From IMG/VR virus record IMGVR_UViG_3300032782_000006, positions 1-64,000 of that record: a stretch of DNA of 64,000 bases. One strand, written 5' to 3'. The stretch's first letter is position 1. Each line of letters opens with the position of its first letter. Of the stretch, positions 48,473 to 57,778 are shown one piece after another. A program made the position numbers and the translations under genes. Below the pieces are notes generated by a model. That model was given only the letters and a program-made list of their open reading frames with translations. It was not told the origin of the DNA and did not search any database. The stretch comes from a virus.

Positions 48473-48751
48473 CTAATACTGTAAGAACAGGACTAAACCA
48501 TAGAGCAATAACGCTGTGAGCAATATCGCTGAAACTGAGAGGATAACAAAATCAAGGTTCGTGTCCTCTAGTTGGTGTGAGGGGGATGGAGAAGGGAGTA
48601 TATCCCGATGCTGCGCATGATAAGCAGCCATCCCTCGCCAGTCATTGTCGTCTTTCATCTGTTGCCAAACCGGATCTGTATCATACAGCAGGATCAGCTC
48701 CAGTACGAGTATATAATCCATCAGGGCCATACAGAAGCAGGGCCGCGTCAC
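48473..48751 (-). CDS. Small membrane-anchored protein (start uncertain)
   Basis: C-terminal TM segment. Confidence 0.45.
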   Translation of the reverse strand: MTRPCFCMALMDYILVLELILLYDTDPVWQQMKDDNDWRGMAAYHAQHRDILPSPSPSHQLEDTNLDFVILSVSAILLTALLLYGLVLFLQY

Positions 48752-48853
48752 TTATAGCTATCGTTTCAAACAGCTTCCACGCCTCCCACTCTTTATGAGC
48801 ATATAACTGTTCAGCCAGGCTCAGGTTAGTGATCCCAATCATCTACAATCCCT

Positions 48854-49132
48854 CTACTGGAATCTCCTAATCACAGCCAGAACCTGTTGTTTCACCCAGT
48901 GGCTTGAACAAGAGATCATGGGGAGCATGGCAAACCATTTCTTGCTAGTTCCAAGAGCGGGATCTGCGTTATGGAAATCGCAGTAATGGAACAGTTCGTA
49001 TCCAGGAGCCATATGTGTAGCTGAGGTGTGGCATCCATCTAGGATCCAAGTCATACCGTGGTCGCTGAATGCGGTTCCGATTGGGTGTGCTGCGAGCGTT
49101 GCAAAATCTGTAATTGTGTTCAAATCGATCAT
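48854..49132 (-). CDS. Hypothetical early protein
   Basis: GGAGAAC RBS and promoter at 49201-49230. Confidence 0.7.
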   Translation of the reverse strand: MIDLNTITDFATLAAHPIGTAFSDHGMTWILDGCHTSATHMAPGYELFHYCDFHNADPALGTSKKWFAMLPMISCSSHWVKQQVLAVIRRFQ

Positions 49133-49200
49133 TTTCTGTGTTCTCCTTATTTATCATTTTGTGTCAGCGCAAGGCATCTGTTTCACCTTGCAATAACTAC

Positions 49201-49300
49201 TATGTCTGCAAAATATATAAACTTTTCGGATAAGCAAGAAAAGAAGAGTGATTTTTCAAATAACCTAATAAAACCGATAAATATATAAACTTAGCAGACA
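49201..49300. promoter_or_regulatory. Divergent pair of consensus promoters
   Basis: Minus-strand copy at 49201-49230, plus-strand variant CCGATAAATATATAAACTTAGCAGACA at 49274-49300. Confidence 0.7.
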
Positions 49301-49615
49301 ATCTACCAAGTAGCTTGGGACAAAGCTAGTCCTAGCATCGTCTAGGCGTATCGAATGTTGACTAGAGGCTTGGTATTGACCTCTAGGAAATCGGATGCAT
49401 AATATAAGGGAGCTAGGGATTGAAAAATATCAATTTCTAGCTAAAAATCTGAAAAATATAAAAAGATTGCGGAACTCTAAAAATGGCCGCGCTTGTATAA
49501 TAAAGCCTGTAATTTTTCAGTCTAAAAATAGTCAAGATTGGTATTTTTCGAGTAAATGACCTATAATCACACCACAAAAGTATCCAAAAATGAATTCAAG
49601 CATAAACTCCCTCTT

Positions 49616-51040
49616 TTATTTTGAAAATCCCATCATTCTCCAAATATTTTCTCCAAACGACGATGCTAGGGAGCTTCCTTCTGTAATAGAAGCATCAAAT
49701 CCTTCTTGTTTTATCAAATTGAGCTCAGTTATACCCCAAACTAAACTATCTAACCGATCAGGACTCTTTTCCGCCCCAGGAACCCATTCACATAACTGGT
49801 CTTCCAATTCACGGAACGTCCCTACATGATGAACACGACCTTGTTCATAAAGAGACGACACCGGCTCTGCCCGAATAACTTTTCCTCTAGATGCGTGAAC
49901 TGCCTTAAACGGAACTGATGCATCCAACATCCTAATCGTATGTTCGACCATATCGCCTCCATTATTGACCTCGCCAACTACCAGATTTGCCTGATGAAGA
50001 TGAAATGCAGAAATCACCGCTTTTCCCCATTGTTGCGGCGTATCATGAATCGTATAATCTCCTAGAACATATCCATGATTATTAGCATCTGCCGCGACTA
50101 CTATAATCCCAGTATCATCAGACCCCTCTTTAGAGGTAGTAGCCGGATCTACACCAACCACAACATAGGTATATTGTGCAGGCGGTTTGTAGACTCTATT
50201 ATCGTCAATAATGTCTCGTTTCCAAAGCGCTTCAGGATTATCTGAAAGAAAATCGCCTTCTAGCTCTTGTCTCCCCAACCTAGTCCCTTTATATTTATTA
50301 ATAATTGTCGAAATAAAGACAGGTGAAAGGTTGCAATAATTTTCTTGAGTATTGCCGCGAGTCACCACGGTACATTTTCTTCCCTTATCGTCCATCCTTT
50401 TTTCTAATTCTATAAGAAATTTAGTCGGTCTGGGAGTAGAAGATACTATACAAAGAGGATTTTTGCCTAATCTGAGACCCATCATTAGATTATCAAACGT
50501 CTCCTCTGGCCGCAACCATTTTGCGATTTCGTCACACCATAAAAAATCAGATTGGGGACCTCGCGCCTTATCCGGTTCGGATCCATAATAAAAATGAGAC
50601 ACTACTTTATTTGGCCAAATCAGCTTTTTTAAAGACGGGATAAACGTTGGATAAAAATCTTTAGGGCAACACGCTAGGATACCGGATTCCCCATCGATCA
50701 TTAGATCGCGCACATCTTCGGCGGTAGCTCCGACTAGATTAGGGTATTTATATCCGCCATAACGTACAGCCCAAACGAACGTTTCCGCTGAGGTTTTGGT
50801 TTTACCCCATCCTCGCCCAGCTCGGATATTCCAGATGAAACAGCCGTCCTTTCCCCATTCGTCTGGTGGAAGCTGGTTATCTCTAGCCCAGAACAACCAA
50901 TCTTTTTTAAAAAATTCTAGTTGAGAATCAGGAATAGATTTTAGAAACTGTTCCTGCTCATTTTTCGGTAGGCTGCGAAGATAATCCGCTGAGTATCGAT
51001 GATCTAATCTCTTCAGGACTGGTTGCGTCGACGTTGACAT
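49616..51040 (-). CDS. terL: Terminase large subunit
   Basis: RAGRGWGKT Walker A, WCDE Walker B, VGVDPA and SPDRLDS nuclease motifs. Confidence 0.95.
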   Translation of the reverse strand: MSTSTQPVLKRLDHRYSADYLRSLPKNEQEQFLKSIPDSQLEFFKKDWLFWARDNQLPPDEWGKDGCFIWNIRAGRGWGKTKTSAETFVWAVRYGGYKYPNLVGATAEDVRDLMIDGESGILACCPKDFYPTFIPSLKKLIWPNKVVSHFYYGSEPDKARGPQSDFLWCDEIAKWLRPEETFDNLMMGLRLGKNPLCIVSSTPRPTKFLIELEKRMDDKGRKCTVVTRGNTQENYCNLSPVFISTIINKYKGTRLGRQELEGDFLSDNPEALWKRDIIDDNRVYKPPAQYTYVVVGVDPATTSKEGSDDTGIIVVAADANNHGYVLGDYTIHDTPQQWGKAVISAFHLHQANLVVGEVNNGGDMVEHTIRMLDASVPFKAVHASRGKVIRAEPVSSLYEQGRVHHVGTFRELEDQLCEWVPGAEKSPDRLDSLVWGITELNLIKQEGFDASITEGSSLASSFGENIWRMMGFSK

Positions 51041-51419
51041 TTACATTCTCGTTTTGGTTTTTATTATCTGACGTTATATGTTGTCTTTCGCCAAAGTCGT
51101 CTGGATATCGACGAGATAACATCCAAGTATCGTAATACGGACTATTATTTTTCAAAACCTTCTCTCGTATTCTTTGAAGGCATCCGCGAGCGCAATCAGC
51201 CTCCGCTTTTTTTATTCGATCATGAAAATCAGTATAAATAGTATCTTCGCCGATATCTTTTTCATGAGCCCCTTGTTTCATCCATTCGTTAAATGTTTGA
51301 AACGCAATTCCTGCAGCCTGACATGCTAGACGATACGGCATTCCTAAATCGATATTTTCAACTAAAATCTGAGTTCGTTCTTCGGTTAATTTTAGAGGTC
51401 TCCCTCTTCCTCGTGACAT
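50958..51419 (-). CDS. terS: Terminase small subunit
   Basis: GRPLKLT..ACQAAGI..TFNEW HTH and WMLSRRYPDDFG, directly upstream of terL. Confidence 0.85.
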   Translation of the reverse strand: MSRGRGRPLKLTEERTQILVENIDLGMPYRLACQAAGIAFQTFNEWMKQGAHEKDIGEDTIYTDFHDRIKKAEADCARGCLQRIREKVLKNNSPYYDTWMLSRRYPDDFGERQHITSDNKNQNENVNVNVDATSPEEIRSSILSGLSSQPTEK

Positions 51420-51484
51420 TTAATGGCACTCCTATATCTATAAAAATATAGAGAGTATTTAAATACCACTCTACAAAAATCTTT

Positions 51485-51721
51485 CTATGTATTTCTACGA
51501 TTATTGAGATAGTTCAACCCTTCTGGGGTCAATTTTACATATGCCACGTTCCCTCTTTTATCAAAAATCACCAGATTTTGTTCTGCTAAATTTTCAAGAA
51601 CTTCTCTTGTCCTATCCTCTGAAATTTTTAACTTACTTGACACTGTTTTTAAAGTGGCTCTCGCCCTAAAATGAATAGCAGTTAACGTTCTAAACGGAAA
51701 ATCGTTAGGTTTTGCATTCAT
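51485..51721 (-). CDS. Winged-HTH protein
   Basis: TLKTVSSKLKISEDRTREVLENLAEQNLV..VKLTPEG. Confidence 0.75.
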   Translation of the reverse strand: MNAKPNDFPFRTLTAIHFRARATLKTVSSKLKISEDRTREVLENLAEQNLVIFDKRGNVAYVKLTPEGLNYLNNRRNT

Positions 51722-51960
51722 TAATTTTTGTCTCCGTCTACAAGTAATAGAATATTAGTGAGTAGCGTAATTTCCCCTCGAATTTGTTCCTCAATTTGAA
51801 CCGTAATCGGCAATTCCACTAACGGATTAGTTGGATTTAAAACCGCGTTACGGATAGATAGTGCCTCTAATAAGCTTTTTCGGATATATTGAAGACGATT
51901 CTCGGGAGTCAACGAGTTTAAATCCTCGTTTAACAAACTCGTGTCCGCACAATGCATCAT
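51721..51960 (-). CDS. Hypothetical protein
   Basis: Coupled ORF. Confidence 0.55.
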   Translation of the reverse strand: MMHCADTSLLNEDLNSLTPENRLQYIRKSLLEALSIRNAVLNPTNPLVELPITVQIEEQIRGEITLLTNILLLVDGDKN

Positions 51961-52420
51961 ACCATTTCCATTCGGATTGAAATTTTAGAGTCATATCTTC
52001 AAGTTTTTCATCTGGTGTTCCATCTGGAAACACCGTCAAAAACCAACTTCGAAAATCTTTTAGATCGTCGAGAAACGTTTCTGAAAAATTGATATAAAAA
52101 TCGTGTTTATTTTTTCTCAAAGATTTGTTGGGATGTTTTGCATGATACCGTCGTCTATCAGCTCGATACTCATCGTTTAACTCTAGATGTTTTTCAAGAT
52201 CGTTGAAAAAATTGGGATCAGGATTGAGTTTATATTCTATCGTGGGATCAAGATACTTTTCAGGAGTACCGTACCATTCCGATATTTCGTCAACGGTAGG
52301 AGTAAAATCCAGTAATGAGAAACAATACCATTGTATCTCATTCCAACTGATAGTCTGACGAGTCGAGTTCATGATCCGGCTTCTCATCATGATCACAATC
52401 CTTCTCATAAACAAAATCAT
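51848..52420 (-). CDS. Hypothetical protein (start uncertain)
   Basis: 190-aa ORF. Confidence 0.55.
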   Translation of the reverse strand: MILFMRRIVIMMRSRIMNSTRQTISWNEIQWYCFSLLDFTPTVDEISEWYGTPEKYLDPTIEYKLNPDPNFFNDLEKHLELNDEYRADRRRYHAKHPNKSLRKNKHDFYINFSETFLDDLKDFRSWFLTVFPDGTPDEKLEDMTLKFQSEWKWYDALCGHEFVKRGFKLVDSRESSSIYPKKLIRGTIYP

Positions 52421-52703
52421 CTAATTTTAGATGGGAGTAATCAGTAATAATTGGTAAATGTCTCCAATATAGAGACATACATGGAGACGTGTGAGAAATA
52501 GTTTTTGGAATTACATATTTTGTAACTGGAGGATACGTCATTTTGAAATTAAGCAAAGAGTGATGAGGTTTATGATCATTAATCCGCTTTTTTGCTATAG
52601 ACGTGCCCTCCTAGAGCCCCTGGTGGGGAGGGATACCTGGGTAGGCCATGCAAAGTATGAGTTCCTTGTGAAATCTATATATATATCCATTTCATTAGGA
52701 AAC

Positions 52704-53168
52704 TCAAATTAGGTTTTCTTGTCGGAACCATTCTGTAATTGTAGCTTCGGCTTTAGCTGTAGTTTCAAATTCAAAAACGTCTTTTATTTTTTTCCAATCA
52801 ATACAATGGTTTTTGTATTGAGTTATCAAAGATGATTTATTTTTTTCGAACTTTGTCATCCTAAACTCGTTTCTACTTTCTTCCTGTTTTTGTGCGAGAG
52901 TGATAACTTTGAGTTTGGATTGTTGTAATTCTTTAATATGTAATGCTTGCTTTTTTTCTTCTTCCAACCGGATTATATCTAACTGTTTTTCATAGATTAG
53001 ATGATCGTAAAATTCAGGGACGATTCTTTCGTCTAGTATTTTATTCATTGCTTCAGATAATAATGTTGAAAGACTAGGAAGGTCATGTGACTTCTCACAA
53101 ATTTCCCATAAGTCAAGCAGTGATTTCTGGAGTTTTACAGTCTTGGATATACGTTCTATTTCAGACAC
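52704..53168 (-). CDS. RHH-like plus coiled-coil protein
   Basis: SKTVKLQKSLLDLW..SLSTLLSEAM, AGGTGAG RBS, GTG start. Confidence 0.65.
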   Translation of the reverse strand: MSEIERISKTVKLQKSLLDLWEICEKSHDLPSLSTLLSEAMNKILDERIVPEFYDHLIYEKQLDIIRLEEEKKQALHIKELQQSKLKVITLAQKQEESRNEFRMTKFEKNKSSLITQYKNHCIDWKKIKDVFEFETTAKAEATITEWFRQENLI

Positions 53169-53196
53169 TCTTTCTCACCTGAAAGATTCATTTTAT

Positions 53197-53332
53197 TTGG
53201 ACGAGGACGACGTCTTCGTCCAAGTCCTCAGACGTAAAATAGTGTACACTATTACTACGCCGTCACTGCGTCGGTGGACGACGTTTTTGGATTGACCCTT
53301 TTTAGGGTTGGACGAAAAGTTCGTCCACGTCC
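53197..53332. repeat. GGACG iteron-like and palindrome cluster
   Basis: About 7 GGACG/CGTCC, two hairpins, perfect palindrome AATAGTGTACACTATT at 53238-53253. Confidence 0.75.
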
Positions 53333-53387
53333 ATTTTTTTTGCGGATGTTTAGTTATGATTCGATCAAGAGCAATTAAAAAAACGAA

Positions 53388-53633
53388 CTATTTATCCAGG
53401 AAACCTTTCGATAAAAGGTCAAAGAATCCGTAAATATCTTTGTTCTGTAATAAAAGTTCTAGCTCTTCGCGGAACTTGTTCTCCTTGACGAAAATGTCAC
53501 GATTGAAAATGATTTTATTAATCTCGTTTTGACACTCTAAAAGCGTCAAGCGCTTCTTGAGTTCCGCAACTTCTATTTGATTTGCGAGATCATAGTTAGT
53601 GCATTCTGCACAAACACATTTAGACAGACACAT
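53388..53633 (-). CDS. Small Cys-rich coiled-coil protein
   Basis: CLSKCVCAEC, GGAGG RBS. Confidence 0.6.
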   Translation of the reverse strand: MCLSKCVCAECTNYDLANQIEVAELKKRLTLLECQNEINKIIFNRDIFVKENKFREELELLLQNKDIYGFFDLLSKGFLDK

Positions 53634-54033
53634 TCCTCCGGTAGTACCAGGGATCTAGAACGTCATGGAATTCTCTAAAGGTTTTTATTAGCCTAATCGA
53701 AAACTCTTCTTCTGACAAAATAGATGTATCTGCTATCATGGTACAATCTCAGTACCTAATTGATATGTCCCTGACCATATTTAAAACTATTCAAACAGTC
53801 ATTATCCAGTGGGTATCCTTCCCTACCAGGGCTTTAGCCCACCACGTTTTCCATTTTGCCAGAATATTAAGAACAATATCACAAAGTATAAATTCTTGCA
53901 AAAATAACATAGTACTATTGGAGAAGTACCACATTATCGTCACAAAAATTTAAGCTTTGACGATTTTGCGCTCTAAGCCTAGAGATTGTTCCACCAATCT
54001 CTGGCTTTTCCATTCACTGACAGTATTTCCTAA

Positions 54034-54492
54034 TTACCTATTTTCTGAATAATAACCCCATCCTTCGTCATGAGTATACAATTTAAATTGTTTATAATTA
54101 ATATTTGGAGAATCAGGTTCATCAATAGACGAATATACTCCTAAATTACTAATCCAAACCGCAGGCTTTTTACTATCCACAAATGGATAATCTGTTCCAA
54201 ACGATATCCAAACCATTTTTGGAGTTTGTTTTATCATTCTCTCCTCTTCACATTCAGGGATTAGGTTCCCAAACTTAGTCTTCATTTCAAAAAGAAATTT
54301 ATCAATTTTTGAATAAGTCTCATTCGATATATTGTCGTCCTCAAACGGATCATAAATTCGTTTTCCATTTTGGTATACTTCATATTCCAGGAACAGTCTA
54401 TCAATCGATATTGCATATCGAGTAACTAATTTTATACCATCATCTAACAATAAATTGTAATCAATATTGGGTATATTTTCTAAATTTATCAT
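54034..54492 (-). CDS. Hypothetical protein
   Basis: GGAG RBS, operon context. Confidence 0.7.
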   Translation of the reverse strand: MINLENIPNIDYNLLLDDGIKLVTRYAISIDRLFLEYEVYQNGKRIYDPFEDDNISNETYSKIDKFLFEMKTKFGNLIPECEEERMIKQTPKMVWISFGTDYPFVDSKKPAVWISNLGVYSSIDEPDSPNINYKQFKLYTHDEGWGYYSENR

Positions 54493-54512
54493 AATTTAGT
54501 TCTCCATTTCCG

Positions 54513-54725
54513 TTACAAATCGGATTCTTTAGTTACATGATAACTAAAATCTACAAGCTCATCATATGCACGATTATATGTTGCATATACATTCTCAGAA
54601 CTTAACGGGGAATAACACTCATTCCTACAGTCTAAATACGTTTTTACCTCGTCAATTAGCTCTTGCAACTCTTGAATAAAATCTAAAACGTCTTTTTTAT
54701 CAAGCCCTTGATCCAAATATGACAT
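54513..54725 (-). CDS. Hypothetical protein
   Basis: AGGAG RBS before ATG 54725. Confidence 0.65.
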   Translation of the reverse strand: MSYLDQGLDKKDVLDFIQELQELIDEVKTYLDCRNECYSPLSSENVYATYNRAYDELVDFSYHVTKESDL

Positions 54726-54757
54726 TTTATATTCTCCTTTTTTAAAAAGTATCAATT

Positions 54758-54970
54758 TTATATGTTTTGAAAACAAAAATGTAAAAACCTGCGATCAGTA
54801 TCACAAACTTCATTATAAACTCGTTCTACATCAAACTCAAGATTTACATTTTTGAAAGCTTTAATATACAATTCAAAAAAATTGAACGCATCTTTCTCAT
54901 CATCCAGATTCCCTACAAATCCCAATATTTCATTCGCGATATCCACTTCATTTATTCCATTGTTTGTCAT
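54758..54970 (-). CDS. Hypothetical protein
   Basis: GGAG RBS. Confidence 0.65.
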   Translation of the reverse strand: MTNNGINEVDIANEILGFVGNLDDEKDAFNFFELYIKAFKNVNLEFDVERVYNEVCDTDRRFLHFCFQNI

Positions 54971-55011
54971 TTATGCTCAGCTCCGTTGTTCTAAAAATTA
55001 ATAATAGTAGT

Positions 55012-55323
55012 TTATTCATCGTCAGAATCAAGCTCTGTCTCAAAAACCTTCAATTCGGGATATTTATCTAGCAATTCCCAACTTTCCGAACGTGCAATCT
55101 GCGCAAATGCAAATTCGTCTGAAACTACTTCTCCATAATCACGATCCCCTTCCCATTGAGAAGTAAATATCAGCACAAACTTTTTTGATTTTTTAAGTTT
55201 AGTCAACCCTAGATGTTTTCCAGTTCCACCGTTCGTATAATTACGTCCATCCCAAATATCTAGGTTAGAATTTGATTTTACACGAGCAACCACATTACCA
55301 TCATTATCATAAACATTTACCAT
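55012..55323 (-). CDS. Conserved-looking viral hypothetical protein
   Basis: NLDIWDGRNYTNGGTGKHLGLTKL..TSQWEG, first gene after the consensus promoter. Confidence 0.75.
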   Translation of the reverse strand: MVNVYDNDGNVVARVKSNSNLDIWDGRNYTNGGTGKHLGLTKLKKSKKFVLIFTSQWEGDRDYGEVVSDEFAFAQIARSESWELLDKYPELKVFETELDSDDE

Positions 55324-55394
55324 TTGTATCAGCCTCTTTGTCCAAAATTAATATTTTTGTGTTCTCCTTTAATCTTATTTCTTACAATACCTAC

Positions 55395-55424
55395 TATGTC
55401 TGCAAAATATATAAACTTTTCGGA
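55395..55424 (-). promoter_or_regulatory. Consensus viral promoter
   Basis: TCCGAAAAGTTTATATATTTTGCAGACATA. Confidence 0.85.
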
Positions 55425-55477
55425 ACAATATTTAATAAAGAATCCTTCCAAAATAAATTTTCAAAAAAATAAATCTT

Positions 55478-55605
55478 TAAGGAATTTTATGAACCTAAAA
55501 ACGATAAGTAGTAATCCGACAGGTTGATAACAACAACCCATCGGTGACACCGCTATCTCAAATTTCGCACAAAATCCGATGATACCAGATATAGTATTTT
55601 TCCAA
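55478..55605 (-). ncRNA. Candidate ncRNA (element C), homologous to element B
   Basis: GGAAATGTTTATA promoter, GGATTTTGTG/CATAAAATTC stem, CCGATGGGTTG/CAACCTGTCGG hairpin. Confidence 0.55.
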
Positions 55606-55697
55606 ACATACTACTCTTTTCTACATTATAAACATTTCCTATTTTATCTATGTAATAATTTGGATTTATTACATAGGTCACATCCGTACAATATTAA

Positions 55698-56003
55698 TCA
55701 TTCCCCAGTTACGTTCTTTACATATTCCAGCATCAATCTCATATTTTCATGCAACTGCTCTATAATTTCTACCCAAGATTTGGCCTCTCCTAAAAACCAT
55801 CCATAGTCTTCATTATATAGTAAAAGTCGATTATCTGAAGAAAACCCATAAACTTGATACTCCATAGGATAAACCATTCCAGGATTGTTATCCCCAAGTC
55901 CATATTTAGTCCGAGTTCGTAAAAAATTACCCCTATCTGTCTCTTCATTCAACTTTTCTACAAATTCTTCGTCAATTACATAATTAGTAACTACCATAAT
56001 CAA
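55698..56003 (-). CDS. Hypothetical protein, paralog of 44892-45242
   Basis: Shared YxVYG motif block. Confidence 0.7.
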   Translation of the reverse strand: MIMVVTNYVIDEEFVEKLNEETDRGNFLRTRTKYGLGDNNPGMVYPMEYQVYGFSSDNRLLLYNEDYGWFLGEAKSWVEIIEQLHENMRLMLEYVKNVTGE

Positions 56004-56012
56004 ACTCCATGA

Positions 56013-56279
56013 TCAATATTCCCAAGACTCATGATATTTTCTACTAGCTGACCTTACTCCTAAAAATTCTTTAACAATTCCATCAGCTACAGTATGAGCC
56101 CAATCTATAAAGTTTTCTTGGGTTTTATACACTTTTTTATGTTGACCCTCTTCGATTTCATAGTTGAAATACATTCCGTCCTCGTCTTCATCAAATTCGT
56201 CAAGCGTATTTTCAATAAAAAAAGGAACGTACCCCAACTGCTCCAAATAATGTGACCGGATGGCTTCTTTAGTACTCAT
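56013..56279 (-). CDS. Hypothetical protein
   Basis: ORF in operon context. Confidence 0.65.
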   Translation of the reverse strand: MSTKEAIRSHYLEQLGYVPFFIENTLDEFDEDEDGMYFNYEIEEGQHKKVYKTQENFIDWAHTVADGIVKEFLGVRSASRKYHESWEY

Positions 56280-56344
56280 TTTGCATCATAAAATAGTATT
56301 ACCATCCAAATTATAAACTGATCTTGATCTTACTTAAAATTTAT

Positions 56345-56893
56345 TTAAAGTTTTTGAATACTATAACTTAGAGGATACGAATTATCTTCACCTTCTACTC
56401 TTTTTGAACTCCATTCCTCATTTTCTTCTTTAGCAATTCGTTTTCTCACTCTTCTAGCTTGATTTAAAAAAGTGTCATACTCTTTAGGATTCTCTTTTTG
56501 TTTAATCCTATATCCTATAATAGTAATCATTAACTCATTCAAGTTATGTTCCATATTTGATTTAGATTTTATATAATCATACATCTGCTCATAGATTTGA
56601 TCTCTAGTTAAACATTGATTATCTTTGGACTGGATTACTGTTGTTCCACTATACTCTTTTATTGCATCTTTTTTTTCACTCCGAACCATATTTTCTAGTC
56701 GGCTCAGAACTTTTTCAATTTTATCAAATTCATCTAGTATTTGTGGAATTTCTCCTAAATCTTTTCTCAATATAGTATCTATAAATATATCCTCTAATCG
56801 TTTCTTTGATTCTTTTAAAGTCTCTTTTGCATTTTCACATTTTTCTATTTTCTTATTTAGCTCCAAATCATTACCTCCTACACACATTCTCAT
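56345..56893 (-). CDS. Coiled-coil hypothetical protein
   Basis: 182-aa ORF. An internal GGAGGT suggests a later TTG start. Confidence 0.7.
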   Translation of the reverse strand: MRMCVGGNDLELNKKIEKCENAKETLKESKKRLEDIFIDTILRKDLGEIPQILDEFDKIEKVLSRLENMVRSEKKDAIKEYSGTTVIQSKDNQCLTRDQIYEQMYDYIKSKSNMEHNLNELMITIIGYRIKQKENPKEYDTFLNQARRVRKRIAKEENEEWSSKRVEGEDNSYPLSYSIQKL

Positions 56894-57151
56894 TCACGCT
56901 GTAATAAACGCGGTTCCTTCAGTTTGTTTTATATACTCTTTATATTCTCTGAATAATTGATGTTGAGTGATCAACTGTATAGGTTTATTTTGATCAGACC
57001 AGTGGACTGTTAAATCTCCATAAATATCTATTTTTACAGAATCTCTAACTTCTCCATCATTAATTCTATATTTTATACTTTTTATTAGAGTATCTCTCCA
57101 CTCTCCATACGTCATCGTCATGTTTGACCTCACCAAATCGTGAACGTCCAA
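56894..57151 (-). CDS. Hypothetical protein
   Basis: ORF in operon context. Confidence 0.6.
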   Translation of the reverse strand: MDVHDLVRSNMTMTYGEWRDTLIKSIKYRINDGEVRDSVKIDIYGDLTVHWSDQNKPIQLITQHQLFREYKEYIKQTEGTAFITA

Positions 57152-57447
57152 CCGTCATATGCCTGTATCCATTCAAGTCCAGCATAATCTATAATGATTT
57201 TGATATCTTCTACAGTAGCAGTATATGGTTTTAATAACTTCACATTTTCTTGTCTAGATTCTGGACTTAATCTATTCAACCATTTCTCAAACGGTTGTTT
57301 CCATTGTGGCCTATAATCAAAATTTATAAAAGGATCATAAATCATTACAATTTTATTGTACAAGACAAAATCTTTGATTACCTCTTCTTTTTCTGCATCG
57401 GTAGGTTGTTTTCCCTTTACTTCCATTGCAAATTCTCCAAATTCCAA
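57130..57447 (-). CDS. Hypothetical protein
   Basis: Follows the promoter variant at 57475-57503. Confidence 0.65.
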   Translation of the reverse strand: MEFGEFAMEVKGKQPTDAEKEEVIKDFVLYNKIVMIYDPFINFDYRPQWKQPFEKWLNRLSPESRQENVKLLKPYTATVEDIKIIIDYAGLEWIQAYDGWTFTIW

Positions 57448-57574
57448 CTTACCCGTTTTTTTCTAATTCTCTATATGTCTGCAAATTATTAAACCTTTTC
57501 GGAATAATTCTCTATAAAAAACTTTTAAAATACTTCGTATCTATCCTTTTTTGAATAATTTTCCCCTCCTATAC

Positions 57575-57778
57575 TTATTTATACCAATCTGAAGGTTTTA
57601 AATAATCGTCAATTATATCATGAATAGTTAAATATTCCTTTAAATTAGGCTTATCTTTATCTTTAAATATTATCAGTACATGATAAATCCCTTTTTCATC
57701 TTCATTATATTTATCAATTCCATCTATTATTTTTTGTAATAATGCTACTGTTTCTTTTTTAGTTACCAATTTATTCAT
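57575..57778 (-). CDS. Hypothetical protein
   Basis: GGAGGT RBS. Confidence 0.6.
   Translation of the reverse strand: MNKLVTKKETVALLQKIIDGIDKYNEDEKGIYHVLIIFKDKDKPNLKEYLTIHDIIDDYLKPSDWYK

Noticed and set aside
16184-53390. Pyrrolysine (TAG) read-through, given the probable Methanosarcina host
   Set aside because: TAG ends several short genes, but I found no recognisable domain split by an in-frame TAG, and the long genes have none internally
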